DNA from: a virus
Reading direction: 5' to 3' (one strand)
DNA length: 64,000 nt
Virus record (IMG/VR): IMGVR_UViG_3300025872_000051
Location: 12,162 to 76,161 of that record
How positions within the stretch are numbered: the stretch's first letter is position 1; every line of letters starts with the position of its first letter. Shown here piece by piece: positions 37,801 through 47,241 of this stretch. A program made the position numbers and the translations under genes. The notes below the pieces were generated by a model, which was not told where the DNA came from, did no database searches, and saw only the letters and a program-made list of their open reading frames with translations.

Positions 37801-39368
37801 CTTCAGTTGGTAGAAATGCATTATTCTCATTAGTTTCTATTGCAAGCACAAATGAACTTATTATTGATAATGTTCAAGGAGAATTTTTAACAGGAGTTGG
37901 ATACACTGTACAATATGTTAATAATTTAGGAATTACAACATCCCTCAATTCTTCATATGGAGGAAATGTAACTATTTCTGAAATTAATATTGATAGTGAT
38001 GGACTTCATATTCTTGTAAATCATAAGAATCATGGAATGTATTTTGAAGATAACTTTGTAAGAATTTCCGGAGTAGAATCAGATGTTACTCCAACAAGAT
38101 TAACATCTTCATATTCTTCAAATTCAACATCTTCCATCTTAGTTGATGATTCTTCTAATTTTGCTACTTTTGAAAATGTTGCTGTGGGAGCAACAAATCC
38201 TGGATATGCACTAATAGGTAGTGAATTATTTCAATACGAATCGGTTACTTCAGGTTCATTAAATAATATTACTAGAATCGGAATTATAGATCCAGTATAT
38301 TTTAATAATATATCACAATCAATTACACATCTTTCCGGTGCTCCAGTTTATAAGTATGAACTTGGTGGAGTTTCTCTACAGAGAATTAATACAACTCATA
38401 ATTTGCAAGATGTTACTATTTCTGATCCTATAGGTCTTGATTCTTATTACATTAAGATTCAAACTAATGTAAATGGAACAAATAGATCTACTAGTGGAGG
38501 TTTCCCTAAACTGTATTTAAGTGAAACTAAGAGCTGTGGAGGTTTTAATATAAAAGCAACTCAAAATATACCATTTGAAGTTATTGAACCTTTGATCCAA
38601 AATACTACAGTTCAAGGGACTTCTATTAGTTCCGAAATAAGAACTGTCAGTAGTTCTAGTATTAGTGGAAATGAAATTCCATATGTGGATAAGGGATATG
38701 AAACTATAACATTGAATAAACCTAATTATTTTGATAGTCCAAGAATGATTGCATCTAAAATAAATGAAGATAGTAATCTTGACTTTTTACGTGGAAATAA
38801 ATCCATGAATTTGAGAGTTTTCTTAAATTCAACAGATTCTAGAGTAAGTCCAGTAATTGATACTCAAAGAGTGAGTGCTATATTAACATCTAATAGAATT
38901 AATGATGTTATTGATAATTTTGCAACAGACAACAGAGTAAATACTATAGGAACAGATCCATCCGCATTCCAGTACATTTCTAAAGAAATAGGTTTAGAAA
39001 ATCCAGCAACTTCAATTAAAATAATATTAGATGCTTATAGTAATGAGTACTCGGATATAAGAGCATTTTATTATATTTCAGAAACTCCAAACTCTGCTCC
39101 TATTTTTACTCCATTCCCCGGATATAATAATTTAGATGAAAGAGGACAAATTATAAATTTTGAAAATAGTGATGGACTTTCAGATTCTTTTGTTCAACCA
39201 TCCCCTTCTTTTGGATTTAATTCCACATCTATTCAATTTAAAGAATATACGTTTACGGCCGACTTATTGCCATCATTTAGATATTATAGAATTAAGTTAG
39301 TCCTAACATCAACTAATCAAGTATATGTTCCCCGTGTTAAGAATTTGAGAGCAATTGCACTAGCGTAA
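31833..39368 (+). CDS. large virion structural protein (DUF4815/VrlC-like)
   Basis: NLNVSPYFDDF..YKVLFKPGYPVQARELT, APGADRLKI, RYRM.DI..LE.RI.NLEYYT, DPLAQSF. Confidence 0.85.
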   Translation: MSQVTNLNVSPYFDDFDANNDYYKVLFKPGYPVQARELTTLQSILQNQIEKFGQNIFKEGAKVIPGNTTYNQLYYAVELNNTYLGVPIDAYVDQLVGSKVTGQTSGVSAVVNSVLLSGDSERENVTLYVSYLNSSTLNNSTSQFLDGENLYSDVNISSGLLGNNLIAAGSPFAITISSNCNSTGSSFSISSGVYFIRGYFVNVNSETLILDQYSNRPNYRVGLYINEEIINSDIDEALTDNSQGFNNYAAPGADRLKISTSLFKKSLDDFNDNNFVELAVIRDGVLQSINSNTEYNLIRDELARRTYAESGDYCVTPFDVSVKESLNDGLGNRGIFNSNQFTYGGSIPSDDLAIYQISPGKAFVRGYEIETISPVFLDVRKPRTTTRLENIAVNYNTGSTFKLNTVYGSPVIGIGNTYVLSLRDQRVGVSSSTAAGKEIGVARVYDFRLESGSYDSDNPKLNRWDISLYDIQTTTEITLNEPITLSTPKFIKGKNSGATAFLKDSVSNSNTITVYQKNGDFVPFESFIIDGIDNTRVAVAVTSYSVSDVKSVYGIVGTSKTFSANTIQTDSLFVGIASISGSSSGISTVVSTNLYFSEKVVKVGNIVKYSNDLGSDPVYARVESVNEDSITISGVTTVSGINQGGLSTSVTRVTDLTILDTTLSPSTDDTLYTALPKPFVESLDLTDASLTIRKTYDVVISGNQLNTAVSAGSNETFLPFDEERYTLINSNGTTEILTEDKFDFIDGGKQLQIYNLQSSGNATLVTTLKKLKPKSKIKLLNKVSSIVIDKSKNSASGVGGTTLNDGLAFGNYAYGTRVQDENISINVPDIIKILAVYESKDTSTPSAPTLILSSINGPTTKTGDLLIGEKFIGQLSGAIGLYAERITDSQVSYIPLNDVSLKEGETITFYDSKIQAVITTINSPSFNVSQNFTFNNGQKGSFYDYGVLNRKSSIAEPTRKLKIYYSSAYYQSSDDGDITTIQSYQGFDYKDDIQSIGSFRNSDIIDIRPRVSNYTVLPNLRSPLEFYGRTFDSSGNSSANILASDESIITSFNYYLGRIDSVFLRKDGTFQVQYGSPSEKPEKPVVLDDSLEISTITLPPYLFDTSQASIKFLDHKRYRMSDIKQLEDRIKNLEYYTSLSLLESNTANLFVSDSNGLNRFKSGFFVDNFTTFNSQETFIPIENSIDVLNKELRPKHYTTSIDLIPGPVEGVSSQTDTLFQVPEGINIRKTGDIITLDYSETEFIKQSTATRTENVTPFVINFWAGKLELTPSSDTWVDTVRIDPKITTTEGDYSSVMAIASQYFNVDPQIGYAPTVWGSWETNWTGRDVIETTKLRTDKKEFSYNYGWFGYHWTDGIWGRRYSGTNTTTTTGVFEDLYRETILTGTATRTGTTTLVSEQFNNTSLGDKVINRDLVQYVRSRNVQFIGKNIKPLTQVYAFFDGVDVTKYCVPKLLEISMISGVFEVGETVIGSPLTRTAGSPSITFRVAQSNHKEGPYNNPTSTYSLNPYTNQSISSAYSSASNHLNIDTFSLSSQYQGEYSGWVESGMNLVGQTSGATATITSVRLITDNQLFVAGSFYIPDPNIITNPKFETGTKTFSLINNSINNRNLASTISDTNYEASGLIETVQEEIISTRNATIEAREEVQTENVSQSQGNVLVSSTLISETSVSRNNSRPYGCFGYTDPLAQSFLVQNSLQDVNRLSGVFITRCDLFFKTKDENGVPAWVQIRTMQNGYPSQTIVPFSEVILSPESINLSNDGSVSTPVVFNSPVYLEGGKEYAIVVGSNSSNYNVFISRVGENDLLTQSYISNQPYLGSLFKSQNASTWEASQFEDLKFTLYRANFVSSGTVEFYNPELTPGNSQVATLMPNSLKLNSRKIRVGITTYLNDSSLKLGNTILLQGTNGTGNYVGNAGIATGSLQVINPGIGYTPSLGSYTFNNVQLVPVTGNGRDATANVTISNGVAIAATIVNSGNGYQVGDVLGITTIGATSVGRNALFSLVSIASTNELIIDNVQGEFLTGVGYTVQYVNNLGITTSLNSSYGGNVTISEINIDSDGLHILVNHKNHGMYFEDNFVRISGVESDVTPTRLTSSYSSNSTSSILVDDSSNFATFENVAVGATNPGYALIGSELFQYESVTSGSLNNITRIGIIDPVYFNNISQSITHLSGAPVYKYELGGVSLQRINTTHNLQDVTISDPIGLDSYYIKIQTNVNGTNRSTSGGFPKLYLSETKSCGGFNIKATQNIPFEVIEPLIQNTTVQGTSISSEIRTVSSSSISGNEIPYVDKGYETITLNKPNYFDSPRMIASKINEDSNLDFLRGNKSMNLRVFLNSTDSRVSPVIDTQRVSAILTSNRINDVIDNFATDNRVNTIGTDPSAFQYISKEIGLENPATSIKIILDAYSNEYSDIRAFYYISETPNSAPIFTPFPGYNNLDERGQIINFENSDGLSDSFVQPSPSFGFNSTSIQFKEYTFTADLLPSFRYYRIKLVLTSTNQVYVPRVKNLRAIALA

Positions 39369-39373
39369 TTTAA

Positions 39374-39601
39374 ATGAAATATTTAAAAGTTGAGGGTCAC
39401 AACAATCTCGTAAGAGATCCAAAAACAAATTCAATAATTAATAATAGTATGTCTGATTATCAGCAATATTTAAAAAGAAAAGATATTGCATCAAAAGAGA
39501 ATGAAAAAATACAATCTTTTGAAGAGGATCTTGCTAATATGAAGTCTGACTTAGATGAAATTAAATTTTTACTTAGGAGTTTGATTAATGAACCCAGATA
39601 A
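39374..39601 (+). CDS. small coiled-coil virion-associated protein
   Basis: KVEGH.NL.RD..T.SIIN followed by a heptad C-terminus. Confidence 0.75.
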   Translation: MKYLKVEGHNNLVRDPKTNSIINNSMSDYQQYLKRKDIASKENEKIQSFEEDLANMKSDLDEIKFLLRSLINEPR

Positions 39602-39767
39602 AATAGAGCTAGAAAATTTGAGTAAAAGTTTTGAGTACTTTAAACTCTGTGCGGAGATTGATGGTATTGACAATATAGAAGATTTAAAAAATATTGCTAA
39701 GTGTTATTTTAAATTGTACTTAAAACAGCAAGAAGTAGTTTCTCAGTTGATGAAAATTAATTCCTAA
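39588..39767 (+). CDS. 59-aa helical protein, possibly NblA-like
   Basis: Manually read ORF with an AGGAG RBS: MNPDKIELENLSKSFEYFKLCAEIDG...KLYLKQQEVVSQLMKINS. Confidence 0.6.
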   Translation: MNPDKIELENLSKSFEYFKLCAEIDGIDNIEDLKNIAKCYFKLYLKQQEVVSQLMKINS

Positions 39768-39791
39768 ATATTGATAGGAGATTATAGATAA

Positions 39792-40646
39792 ATGGCGCAA
39801 CCATCTACTAGGCAAGAACTAATTGATTATTGCAAAAGAAAACTGGGAGCGCCAGTTTTAGAAATTAATGTTGCAGATGAGCAAATAGAAGATTTAGTTG
39901 ATGATGCTATACAGTTTTTTCAAGAGAGACATTTTGACGGAGTATACCCAACTTTTTATAAGTATAAAGTAACTAAGGACGATATTAACAGAGGAAGAGC
40001 AGGATTTGGGGGAAATGCAACAAGTTCTGTTGGAATAGCAAGTACTTCGGCAACTGCCAATATTGTTGGAACCGCAACTACATTTACTTTTTACGAAAAC
40101 AGTAATTATCTTCAGGTTCCACCAAATATTATAGGGGTAAATAAAATCTTTACCTTTGATGGTGCTAATACTATTACCCACAATATGTTTAGTGTCAAAT
40201 ATCAGTTGTTTTTAAATGATATCTATTACTGGGGAACAACTGAACTTTTAAGTTATGCTATGGTTAAAACTTATCTTGAAGATTTGGATTTCTTACTGAA
40301 TACTCAAAAACAAATTCGTTTTAATAAGAGGCAGGATAGGTTATATTTGGACATTGATTGGGGTTCTGTTACAGATACTCAATATTTTATAATTGACTGC
40401 TATTCTACTCTTGATCCAAATGATTATTCAAGAGTTTGGAATGATTCATTCTTAAAACCATATTTAACTTCCCTAATTAAAAGGCAGTGGGGACAAAATA
40501 TGATGAAATTTACAGGTGTTAAGTTACCTGGAGGAGTAGAATTAAATGGTAGACAAATGTATGATGATGCCCAAAGAGAAATAGATTTATTAATGGAAAA
40601 AATGTCAAGTACTTACGAACTTCCTCCACTGGATATGATAGGATAA
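39792..40646 (+). CDS. gp13: neck protein gp13
   Basis: LGAPVLEINV..EQ..D..DDA; KRQWGQN..KF.GV.LPGGV.LNG. Confidence 0.95.
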   Translation: MAQPSTRQELIDYCKRKLGAPVLEINVADEQIEDLVDDAIQFFQERHFDGVYPTFYKYKVTKDDINRGRAGFGGNATSSVGIASTSATANIVGTATTFTFYENSNYLQVPPNIIGVNKIFTFDGANTITHNMFSVKYQLFLNDIYYWGTTELLSYAMVKTYLEDLDFLLNTQKQIRFNKRQDRLYLDIDWGSVTDTQYFIIDCYSTLDPNDYSRVWNDSFLKPYLTSLIKRQWGQNMMKFTGVKLPGGVELNGRQMYDDAQREIDLLMEKMSSTYELPPLDMIG

Positions 40647-40649
40647 TCT

Positions 40650-42056
40650 ATGCTAAATCCATTTTTCTTACAAGGTTCAAAAACAGAGCAAAGCCTCATT
40701 CAGGATTTGATTAATGAGCAGTTAAGAATGTATGGTGTTGAGGTATACTATCTACCAAGAAAATATATTACAGAAAAAAAAGTTATTAAAGAAGTTATAG
40801 AATCTGTATTTACTAATGCGTATCCAATAGAAGCATATGTAAATACTTATGAAGGATATAATGATAATCCAACAATTTTATCAAAATTTGGCATTCAAGC
40901 ACTTAATGAATTAACTGTTACTATTTCAAGAGAAAGATTTAAAACATATATATCCCCACTTATAGTCAATCAACCAAATATTAAGTTATCATCAAGACCA
41001 AAAGAAGGTGATTTAATTTATTTCCCTTTAGGAGATCGTTTGTTTGAAATTAAGTATGTAGAGCACGAAAAACCATTCTATCAACTTCAGGGATTATATA
41101 CTTATGAATTAAGATGTGAGTTATTTAGATATGAGGATGAGATTATTGATACTGGAGTTGAAGATATTGACGATAATATAAGTGGTAGTCAAGGAACAGA
41201 TTCTGTTCCAGTAGGAAATGTACAAAAACTTTTAATGGTTGGGGTTGGTGTTACTGCAACTGCAATTACTGGAATTGTAAATGGTGGTATTAGATTTATA
41301 ACAGTAACAAATAGAGGTGGAGGTTATACAAGTACTCCTACAGTTGGCATTTCTTCAGCACCAAGTGGAGGTCAAACTGCAACGGCAATCGCAAAGATGA
41401 TAGGTGGTATTGTTGTATGTAATGACAATACAAATCCAGCAGCAAAATCTGTTCAAAGTGTTGAAATTATAAATGCCGGTTATGGATATACTACAACCCC
41501 AGGCGTAAGATTTATTGGTGGAGGAGGAAAGGGTGCAACTGCAACCGCTACTTTGGGTGACGGTATAGTTGGAATTATTACAGTAACTAATTCTGGGTCT
41601 GGATATGTTGACCCACCAACCATAACATTTAGTGGAATTTCTTCAGTATCGGCTGCAGCTACTGCTGTTGTTTCTGCAGCGGGTACTATTACTCAAATCA
41701 GAATAACAAATGCTGGTTTAGGATATACTTTGGCACCAACAATTACAATTGGAAATCCAGCACTAAATTCTTTTGGAAACTTTGTCTTTAATGAAGTTGT
41801 AGTTGGATCTCAAAGTGGAGTAACCGCAAGAGTAAGATCTTGGAATTCTGTAAGTAATGTTTTAGAAGTATCTCAAGTAAACGGAGAATTTATTTCTGGG
41901 GAAAATATTGTAGGAACAGCATCAAGTGCATCTCATTACCTTAGAAAAGTTGAAGTTTTTCCTGTCAGGGATGGATTTGCAAATAATGAAGAGATTGAAG
42001 TGGAAGCTGACAAGATTATTGATTTTAGTGAAAATAATCCATTCGGAATGCCATAA
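40650..42056 (+). CDS. gp14: neck protein gp14 with an internal repeat insertion
   Basis: EQLRMYG..VYYLPR, RPKEGDLIYFP, DFSENNPFG. Confidence 0.92.
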   Translation: MLNPFFLQGSKTEQSLIQDLINEQLRMYGVEVYYLPRKYITEKKVIKEVIESVFTNAYPIEAYVNTYEGYNDNPTILSKFGIQALNELTVTISRERFKTYISPLIVNQPNIKLSSRPKEGDLIYFPLGDRLFEIKYVEHEKPFYQLQGLYTYELRCELFRYEDEIIDTGVEDIDDNISGSQGTDSVPVGNVQKLLMVGVGVTATAITGIVNGGIRFITVTNRGGGYTSTPTVGISSAPSGGQTATAIAKMIGGIVVCNDNTNPAAKSVQSVEIINAGYGYTTTPGVRFIGGGGKGATATATLGDGIVGIITVTNSGSGYVDPPTITFSGISSVSAAATAVVSAAGTITQIRITNAGLGYTLAPTITIGNPALNSFGNFVFNEVVVGSQSGVTARVRSWNSVSNVLEVSQVNGEFISGENIVGTASSASHYLRKVEVFPVRDGFANNEEIEVEADKIIDFSENNPFGMP

Positions 42057-42096
42057 ATAGAATTTATTATATACAATATATAAAAGGTCCAAAAGT

Positions 42097-43098
42097 ATGT
42101 TTGAATATTTTTATCACGAAATTTTAAAAAGAACTATTGTTGCTTTTGGTTCTTTATTTAATGAAATTAAAATCAAACATACTGATAATAATGGTAATGT
42201 AAAAAGTATATTAAAGGTCCCTCTTGCATATGGACCAACTCAGAAATTTCTTGCAAGATTAGAGCAATCTCCAGATCTTAATAAGCCAGTTCAAATAACA
42301 TTACCAAGAATGTCTTTTGAGTTTACTGGGTTAACTTATGACCCATCAAGAAAGGCAACAACAACTCAAACATTCACGGCAAAATCAACAGTTGATGGTA
42401 CTGAAACTAAAAAATCTTATCTACCAGTTCCATACAATATGCAATTTGAGTTGAGTATTATGTCCAAACTCAATGATGATGCTCTTCAAATTGTAGAACA
42501 AATTCTACCATATTTTCAACCAGCATACACAATGACTGTTGAACTTGTTGATATTATCAACGAAAAGAGGGATATTCCCGTAGTTCTTGAAAATATTACT
42601 ATGCAAGATGATTATGAAGGAAACTTTACAACTAGAAGAGTTCTGATATATACGTTGAGATTTACTGCTAAGACATATCTCTTTGGTCCAACATCTACCG
42701 CAACGAAGGATATTATCAAGAAGGCTTCTATTGGTTTTATTGCCGGAGATACTACAAATACTCCAACAAGAGAAGTTGTATATTCAGCACAACCAAGAGC
42801 AATTCAAAATTATACTGGAAATATACTAACCAATTTATCCAAAGATATCAACACCGAAGATATTTTAATTAGTGTAAATGATGCTTCTGGAATAGTTGCA
42901 AATTCTTACCTTGATATTGAGGGTGAAGAAGTTTATGTAAGATTGGTTTCTGGTAATATTCTTACTGTTGATAGAGGAAGAGATAATACAACAATAACAT
43001 CTCATTTGACTGGAGCAGAGGTAAAATCAATAACCGCTGCTGATAATCTTCTTATTGAAGATGGTGATGATTTTGGATTTAGTGGTTTAAGTGTATGA
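42097..43098 (+). CDS. gp15: tail sheath stabilizer/terminator gp15
   Basis: YFYHE...FG.LFN, VPLAYGP.QKFL, EQILPYFQP. Confidence 0.95.
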   Translation: MFEYFYHEILKRTIVAFGSLFNEIKIKHTDNNGNVKSILKVPLAYGPTQKFLARLEQSPDLNKPVQITLPRMSFEFTGLTYDPSRKATTTQTFTAKSTVDGTETKKSYLPVPYNMQFELSIMSKLNDDALQIVEQILPYFQPAYTMTVELVDIINEKRDIPVVLENITMQDDYEGNFTTRRVLIYTLRFTAKTYLFGPTSTATKDIIKKASIGFIAGDTTNTPTREVVYSAQPRAIQNYTGNILTNLSKDINTEDILISVNDASGIVANSYLDIEGEEVYVRLVSGNILTVDRGRDNTTITSHLTGAEVKSITAADNLLIEDGDDFGFSGLSV

Positions 43099-43526
43099 AA
43101 ATGAGTAAAAAATTTGATAAACTTAATGAGACCTTTTCTGTAGATACCGAAATAGTTTCCTCAGAGAAGGAAGATATTGCTGAAAAAATAGAAAAAGTAT
43201 CTGCCAATGTTGATGATATTCAAAAAGATTATGATTATACACGGGGAAATTTATATTCCCTAATAGAAAAGGGGCAAGAAGCTATTAATGGAATTCTTGA
43301 ACTAGCTCAAGAGAGTGAGATGCCAAGAGCATATGAAGTTGCTGGACAATTGATAAAGAATGTTGCAGATGCAACAGATAAATTAATGGATCTACAAAAG
43401 AAGTTAAAAGATATTGAGGAAGAAAAGGTTAAAGGTCCGACTACGGTTAATAATGCTCTTTTTGTTGGTTCAACTGCAGAATTGGCAAAACTTCTAAAGC
43501 AACAAAAGATAGATGAAAACATTTAA
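43095..43526 (+). CDS. gp16: terminase small subunit gp16
   Basis: DYDYTRGNLY, PRAYEVAGQL, NNALFVGST.EL. Confidence 0.95.
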   Translation: MKMSKKFDKLNETFSVDTEIVSSEKEDIAEKIEKVSANVDDIQKDYDYTRGNLYSLIEKGQEAINGILELAQESEMPRAYEVAGQLIKNVADATDKLMDLQKKLKDIEEEKVKGPTTVNNALFVGSTAELAKLLKQQKIDENI

Positions 43527-43668
43527 ACAGTTTCAAGAGGAGTGGACTAATAAATATAAAAAGAGTATTGATTGCTCAAATCCAAAAGGATTTTCTCAAC
43601 GTGCCCACTGTGCAGGAAGAAGAAAAAGAGCAAGAGGTGAAGAAACTAAATCAAAATCAGTTGAATAA
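43513..43668 (+). CDS. small protein with a T4 capsid-targeting-like N-terminus
   Basis: MKTFKQFQEE-WTNKYKKSIDCSNPKGFSQRAHCAGR; manually read ORF. Confidence 0.7.
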   Translation: MKTFKQFQEEWTNKYKKSIDCSNPKGFSQRAHCAGRRKRARGEETKSKSVE

Positions 43669-45572
43669 TGTCCCAATTCAAGACACATAAAACGGTTGAG
43701 CAAATTGCAAGGAAGCATCGTCTTGATGTTTCTTTTATACAAAAGCAACTTGATATGGGGGAACCTATTGAGCACGAGCATACTAGAGATCATGATCTTG
43801 CCAGAGATATTGCTCTTCAACATCTTGATGAGATTCCAGATTATTATACTCGTTTGAAAAAAATGGAATCTGATGCTAAAAAGCATCATAAAAAGTTTAA
43901 AGATGTAAAAGAAAACACGAATACTAATCTTGCTTATGAGTGGGATTATCCAATACATCCAGAAAATACTAGATATTGCACAAAGTGCAAAAGAAATGAA
44001 ACAAAAGAAGAATGCAAATACGGTGAAAGATATTGGATGTTATTTTCATTGCCAACAAAATTAAAAGAAGAAACCAAATCTGGTGACGAAGGACTCCACG
44101 ACTGGTTTAATAAATCAAAATCATCTGATGGTAAAAAAGGATGGGTTCAGTTGGGTGGAAAGTGGGCAGGTAAACCTTGTGCCCGTCAACCAGGACAAAC
44201 ATCAACTCCCAAATGCGGAAGTTCTAAGATGTCGGCAAATTTATCCGATAATGAAGAAGAGACCGCAAGACGTAGAAAAAATAGATTAGATCCAAATCAA
44301 CCACAAAAAAGTGGTGGAGCAAAACCAACTAACGTAAGAACTGAAGAGATGGATTTACAGGAAGTAAAGGACAAACCAGGCAAAGGTAGTGGCAAAAAAG
44401 ATGCCTGCTATCATAAGGTAAAGTCGCGTTATAGTGTTTGGCCAAGTGCATATGCATCTGGAGCACTGGTCAAATGCCGTAAGGTTGGTGCGGATAACTG
44501 GGGAACTAAATCGGAGGCAACTATGCACGAAGAAGAAAGATATTGCCCATTATGCGATAAGAGAGAAACAAGATCTCAATGCTCTTATGGAGAAAAGGCA
44601 TGGGATAAAGTTTCCGTAAAGGATGAAGAGTATTCTATGGTTCGTTCAGAACTTCAAACTCTTATGAAGGCAGCAAAAATTCTCAATAATAAAGTTGGAA
44701 AGGGTGAAGGAAATCTTGAAGCTTGGGTTCAATCTAAAATTACTAAAGCAGCAGATTATCTTGATACCGCAGCAGATTATGTTACAAGTGGAGAAATGGA
44801 AGAAGAAAAAATTGTAGATAGAATTAAAAATGATGTACTAGATGAAAATTGCTGGCCAGGTTATAAAAGAAAAAAAGGAACCAAAAAGTTTGCTCCCGGT
44901 TCTTGCGTAAAGGCAGAGAATGTAACTATTGAAGATGCTGACGGAAATACTTTTGCAGAGGTAGTTGATATTATCAAACCAGAACCAATCAAAGGGTTCA
45001 AATCACAAGTAGATGAGGCAACAAGAATGCAAGCACAAACGGGAAATGTTATTATGGTTACTTTAATGTGGAGAGGAAAATATTACTCTATGAAGATGTT
45101 CTTCCCACAAATCAAATTACCAACACGTAAAGAAATTAATGATGAACTTCAGAAAGTTTATCCTGGCAGCAATGTAATTTATCATTCCGTTTCAGAACTT
45201 CAACCTGGACAACCATTAATCCAAGCGTTTGGTCCTCAAGGTGGCAGTGCAGCAAAACCAGGACCTAATAGGAACTATGTAAAACCAATGGGCGAGGAAG
45301 TAGAAGTTGATGAAGATTGGCAAAAGGTTAATCACCAAGACAAAACCGATGGTCTCAGCCAAAAAGCAGTAAATGCATACCGTAGAGAAAATCCTGGTTC
45401 AAAACTTCAAACAGCAGTAACTGAAAAAAATCCTTCAGGAAAAAGAGCACAGCGTAGAAAAAACTTTTGTAGTAGGATGAGTGGCATGAAGAAAAGATTG
45501 ACTTCGGCAGAAACTGCAAGAGATCCAGATTCACGAATTAACAAAGCACTTCGTCGTTGGAATTGTAACTAA
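43668..45572 (+). CDS. modular Cys/Lys-rich protein, probable internal head protein
   Basis: String of short modules separated by E-rich linkers; located between gp16 and gp17. Confidence 0.7.
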   Translation: MSQFKTHKTVEQIARKHRLDVSFIQKQLDMGEPIEHEHTRDHDLARDIALQHLDEIPDYYTRLKKMESDAKKHHKKFKDVKENTNTNLAYEWDYPIHPENTRYCTKCKRNETKEECKYGERYWMLFSLPTKLKEETKSGDEGLHDWFNKSKSSDGKKGWVQLGGKWAGKPCARQPGQTSTPKCGSSKMSANLSDNEEETARRRKNRLDPNQPQKSGGAKPTNVRTEEMDLQEVKDKPGKGSGKKDACYHKVKSRYSVWPSAYASGALVKCRKVGADNWGTKSEATMHEEERYCPLCDKRETRSQCSYGEKAWDKVSVKDEEYSMVRSELQTLMKAAKILNNKVGKGEGNLEAWVQSKITKAADYLDTAADYVTSGEMEEEKIVDRIKNDVLDENCWPGYKRKKGTKKFAPGSCVKAENVTIEDADGNTFAEVVDIIKPEPIKGFKSQVDEATRMQAQTGNVIMVTLMWRGKYYSMKMFFPQIKLPTRKEINDELQKVYPGSNVIYHSVSELQPGQPLIQAFGPQGGSAAKPGPNRNYVKPMGEEVEVDEDWQKVNHQDKTDGLSQKAVNAYRRENPGSKLQTAVTEKNPSGKRAQRRKNFCSRMSGMKKRLTSAETARDPDSRINKALRRWNCN

Positions 45573-45588
45573 TAGGTAGGTTTTTGTT

Positions 45589-47241
45589 ATGTCAAATAAT
45601 GATGTATATCTTGGTAATCCTCTATTAAAAAAGGCAAATACAACTCACGAATTCACAGAAGAACAGGTTCTTGAGATTGTAAAGTGCATGAATGATCCTG
45701 TTTATTTTGCCAATAACTATGTAAAAATTGTTACTCTTGACCATGGATTACAGACATTTAAACCTTATCATTTCCAAGAAAAATTAATTAATAACTTTCA
45801 TAAGTATAGATTTAATATTTGCAAGATGCCTCGTCAGACAGGTAAGTCAACGACTGTAGTATCTTTTCTTTTACATTATGCGGTTTTTAATGATAATGTA
45901 AATATTGGTATTCTTGCAAATAAAGCAGCAACAGCCAGGGAGCTCCTGGATAGATTACAAACTGCTTATGAAAATCTTCCAAAGTGGATGCAACAGGGTA
46001 TTATATCATGGAACAAAGGTTCTCTTGAACTTGAAAATGGTTCTAAAATTTTAGCAGCATCAACATCTGCATCCGCTGTCCGAGGAATGTCATTCAACAT
46101 TTTATTCTTGGACGAATTTGCGTTCGTTCCAAATCATATTGCGGATTCGTTCTTCGCGTCAGTTTATCCTACGATTACTTCAGGTAAACAAACTAAGGTT
46201 ATTATAGTTTCTACACCACATGGTATGAATCACTTCTACCGAATGTGGCACGATGCTGAAAAGGGTAAAAATGAATATGTATTTACGGATGTTCATTGGT
46301 CAGAAGTTCCTGGTCGTGATGAGGAATGGAAAAAGCAAACAATTGCAAATACTTCGGAAAACCAATTCAAAGTTGAGTTTGAATGTGAATTCTTAGGATC
46401 TGTTGACACGTTAATTGCACCGTCAAAACTTAGAGCACTTGTATATGATAGTCCTTTAAAAAGTAGCGGTGGATTAGATGTATATCAGGAGCCAGTAGAT
46501 AATCATGATTACTTAATTTCTGTTGACGTTGCAAGAGGAGTTGGCAATGATTATTCAGCATTTACTGTTGTGGATATTACTACATTCCCTCACCAAGTGG
46601 TAGCAAAATATAGAAATAATGAAATTAAACCAATGCTTTTTCCAAGTATTATTGTTGATGTTGCAAAAAATTATAATAACTCTTATATTTTATGTGAAGT
46701 TAATGATGTGGGCGATCAAGTAGCTTCTATTATTCACTATGACTTGGAATATAATAATCTTCTAATGTGCTCAATGAGAGGTAGAGCGGGACAGATTGTT
46801 GGACAAGGTTTTTCTGGTAAGAAAACTCAACTTGGTGTAAAGATGTCCAAAACTGTAAAGAAAGTTGGATGCCTCAATTTAAAGACAATGATTGAAGAGA
46901 ATAAACTTCTCTTTAATGACTATGATATCATGAGTGAATTGACTACATTTATACAAAAACACAATTCGTTTGAAGCAGAAGAAGGATGCAATGATGACCT
47001 TGCAATGTGTTTGGTAATATATGCATGGTTAGTTGCACAGGATTATTTTAAAGAACTTACAGATCAAGATGTTAGGAAAAGATTATATGAGGAACAAAAA
47101 AATCAGATAGAGCAAGATATGGCTCCCTTTGGATTCATTGTTGATGGAACAGATTCCACTAGTTTTATAGATCAAGAAGGGGATAGATGGTTTGTTGATG
47201 AATATGGAGATATGGCATATATGTGGGACTATATGCAATAA
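45589..47241 (+). CDS. gp17: terminase large subunit gp17
   Basis: PRQTGKST Walker A, FLDEFAF Walker B, VSTPHG, DVARG, NDDL. Confidence 0.98.
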   Translation: MSNNDVYLGNPLLKKANTTHEFTEEQVLEIVKCMNDPVYFANNYVKIVTLDHGLQTFKPYHFQEKLINNFHKYRFNICKMPRQTGKSTTVVSFLLHYAVFNDNVNIGILANKAATARELLDRLQTAYENLPKWMQQGIISWNKGSLELENGSKILAASTSASAVRGMSFNILFLDEFAFVPNHIADSFFASVYPTITSGKQTKVIIVSTPHGMNHFYRMWHDAEKGKNEYVFTDVHWSEVPGRDEEWKKQTIANTSENQFKVEFECEFLGSVDTLIAPSKLRALVYDSPLKSSGGLDVYQEPVDNHDYLISVDVARGVGNDYSAFTVVDITTFPHQVVAKYRNNEIKPMLFPSIIVDVAKNYNNSYILCEVNDVGDQVASIIHYDLEYNNLLMCSMRGRAGQIVGQGFSGKKTQLGVKMSKTVKKVGCLNLKTMIEENKLLFNDYDIMSELTTFIQKHNSFEAEEGCNDDLAMCLVIYAWLVAQDYFKELTDQDVRKRLYEEQKNQIEQDMAPFGFIVDGTDSTSFIDQEGDRWFVDEYGDMAYMWDYMQ

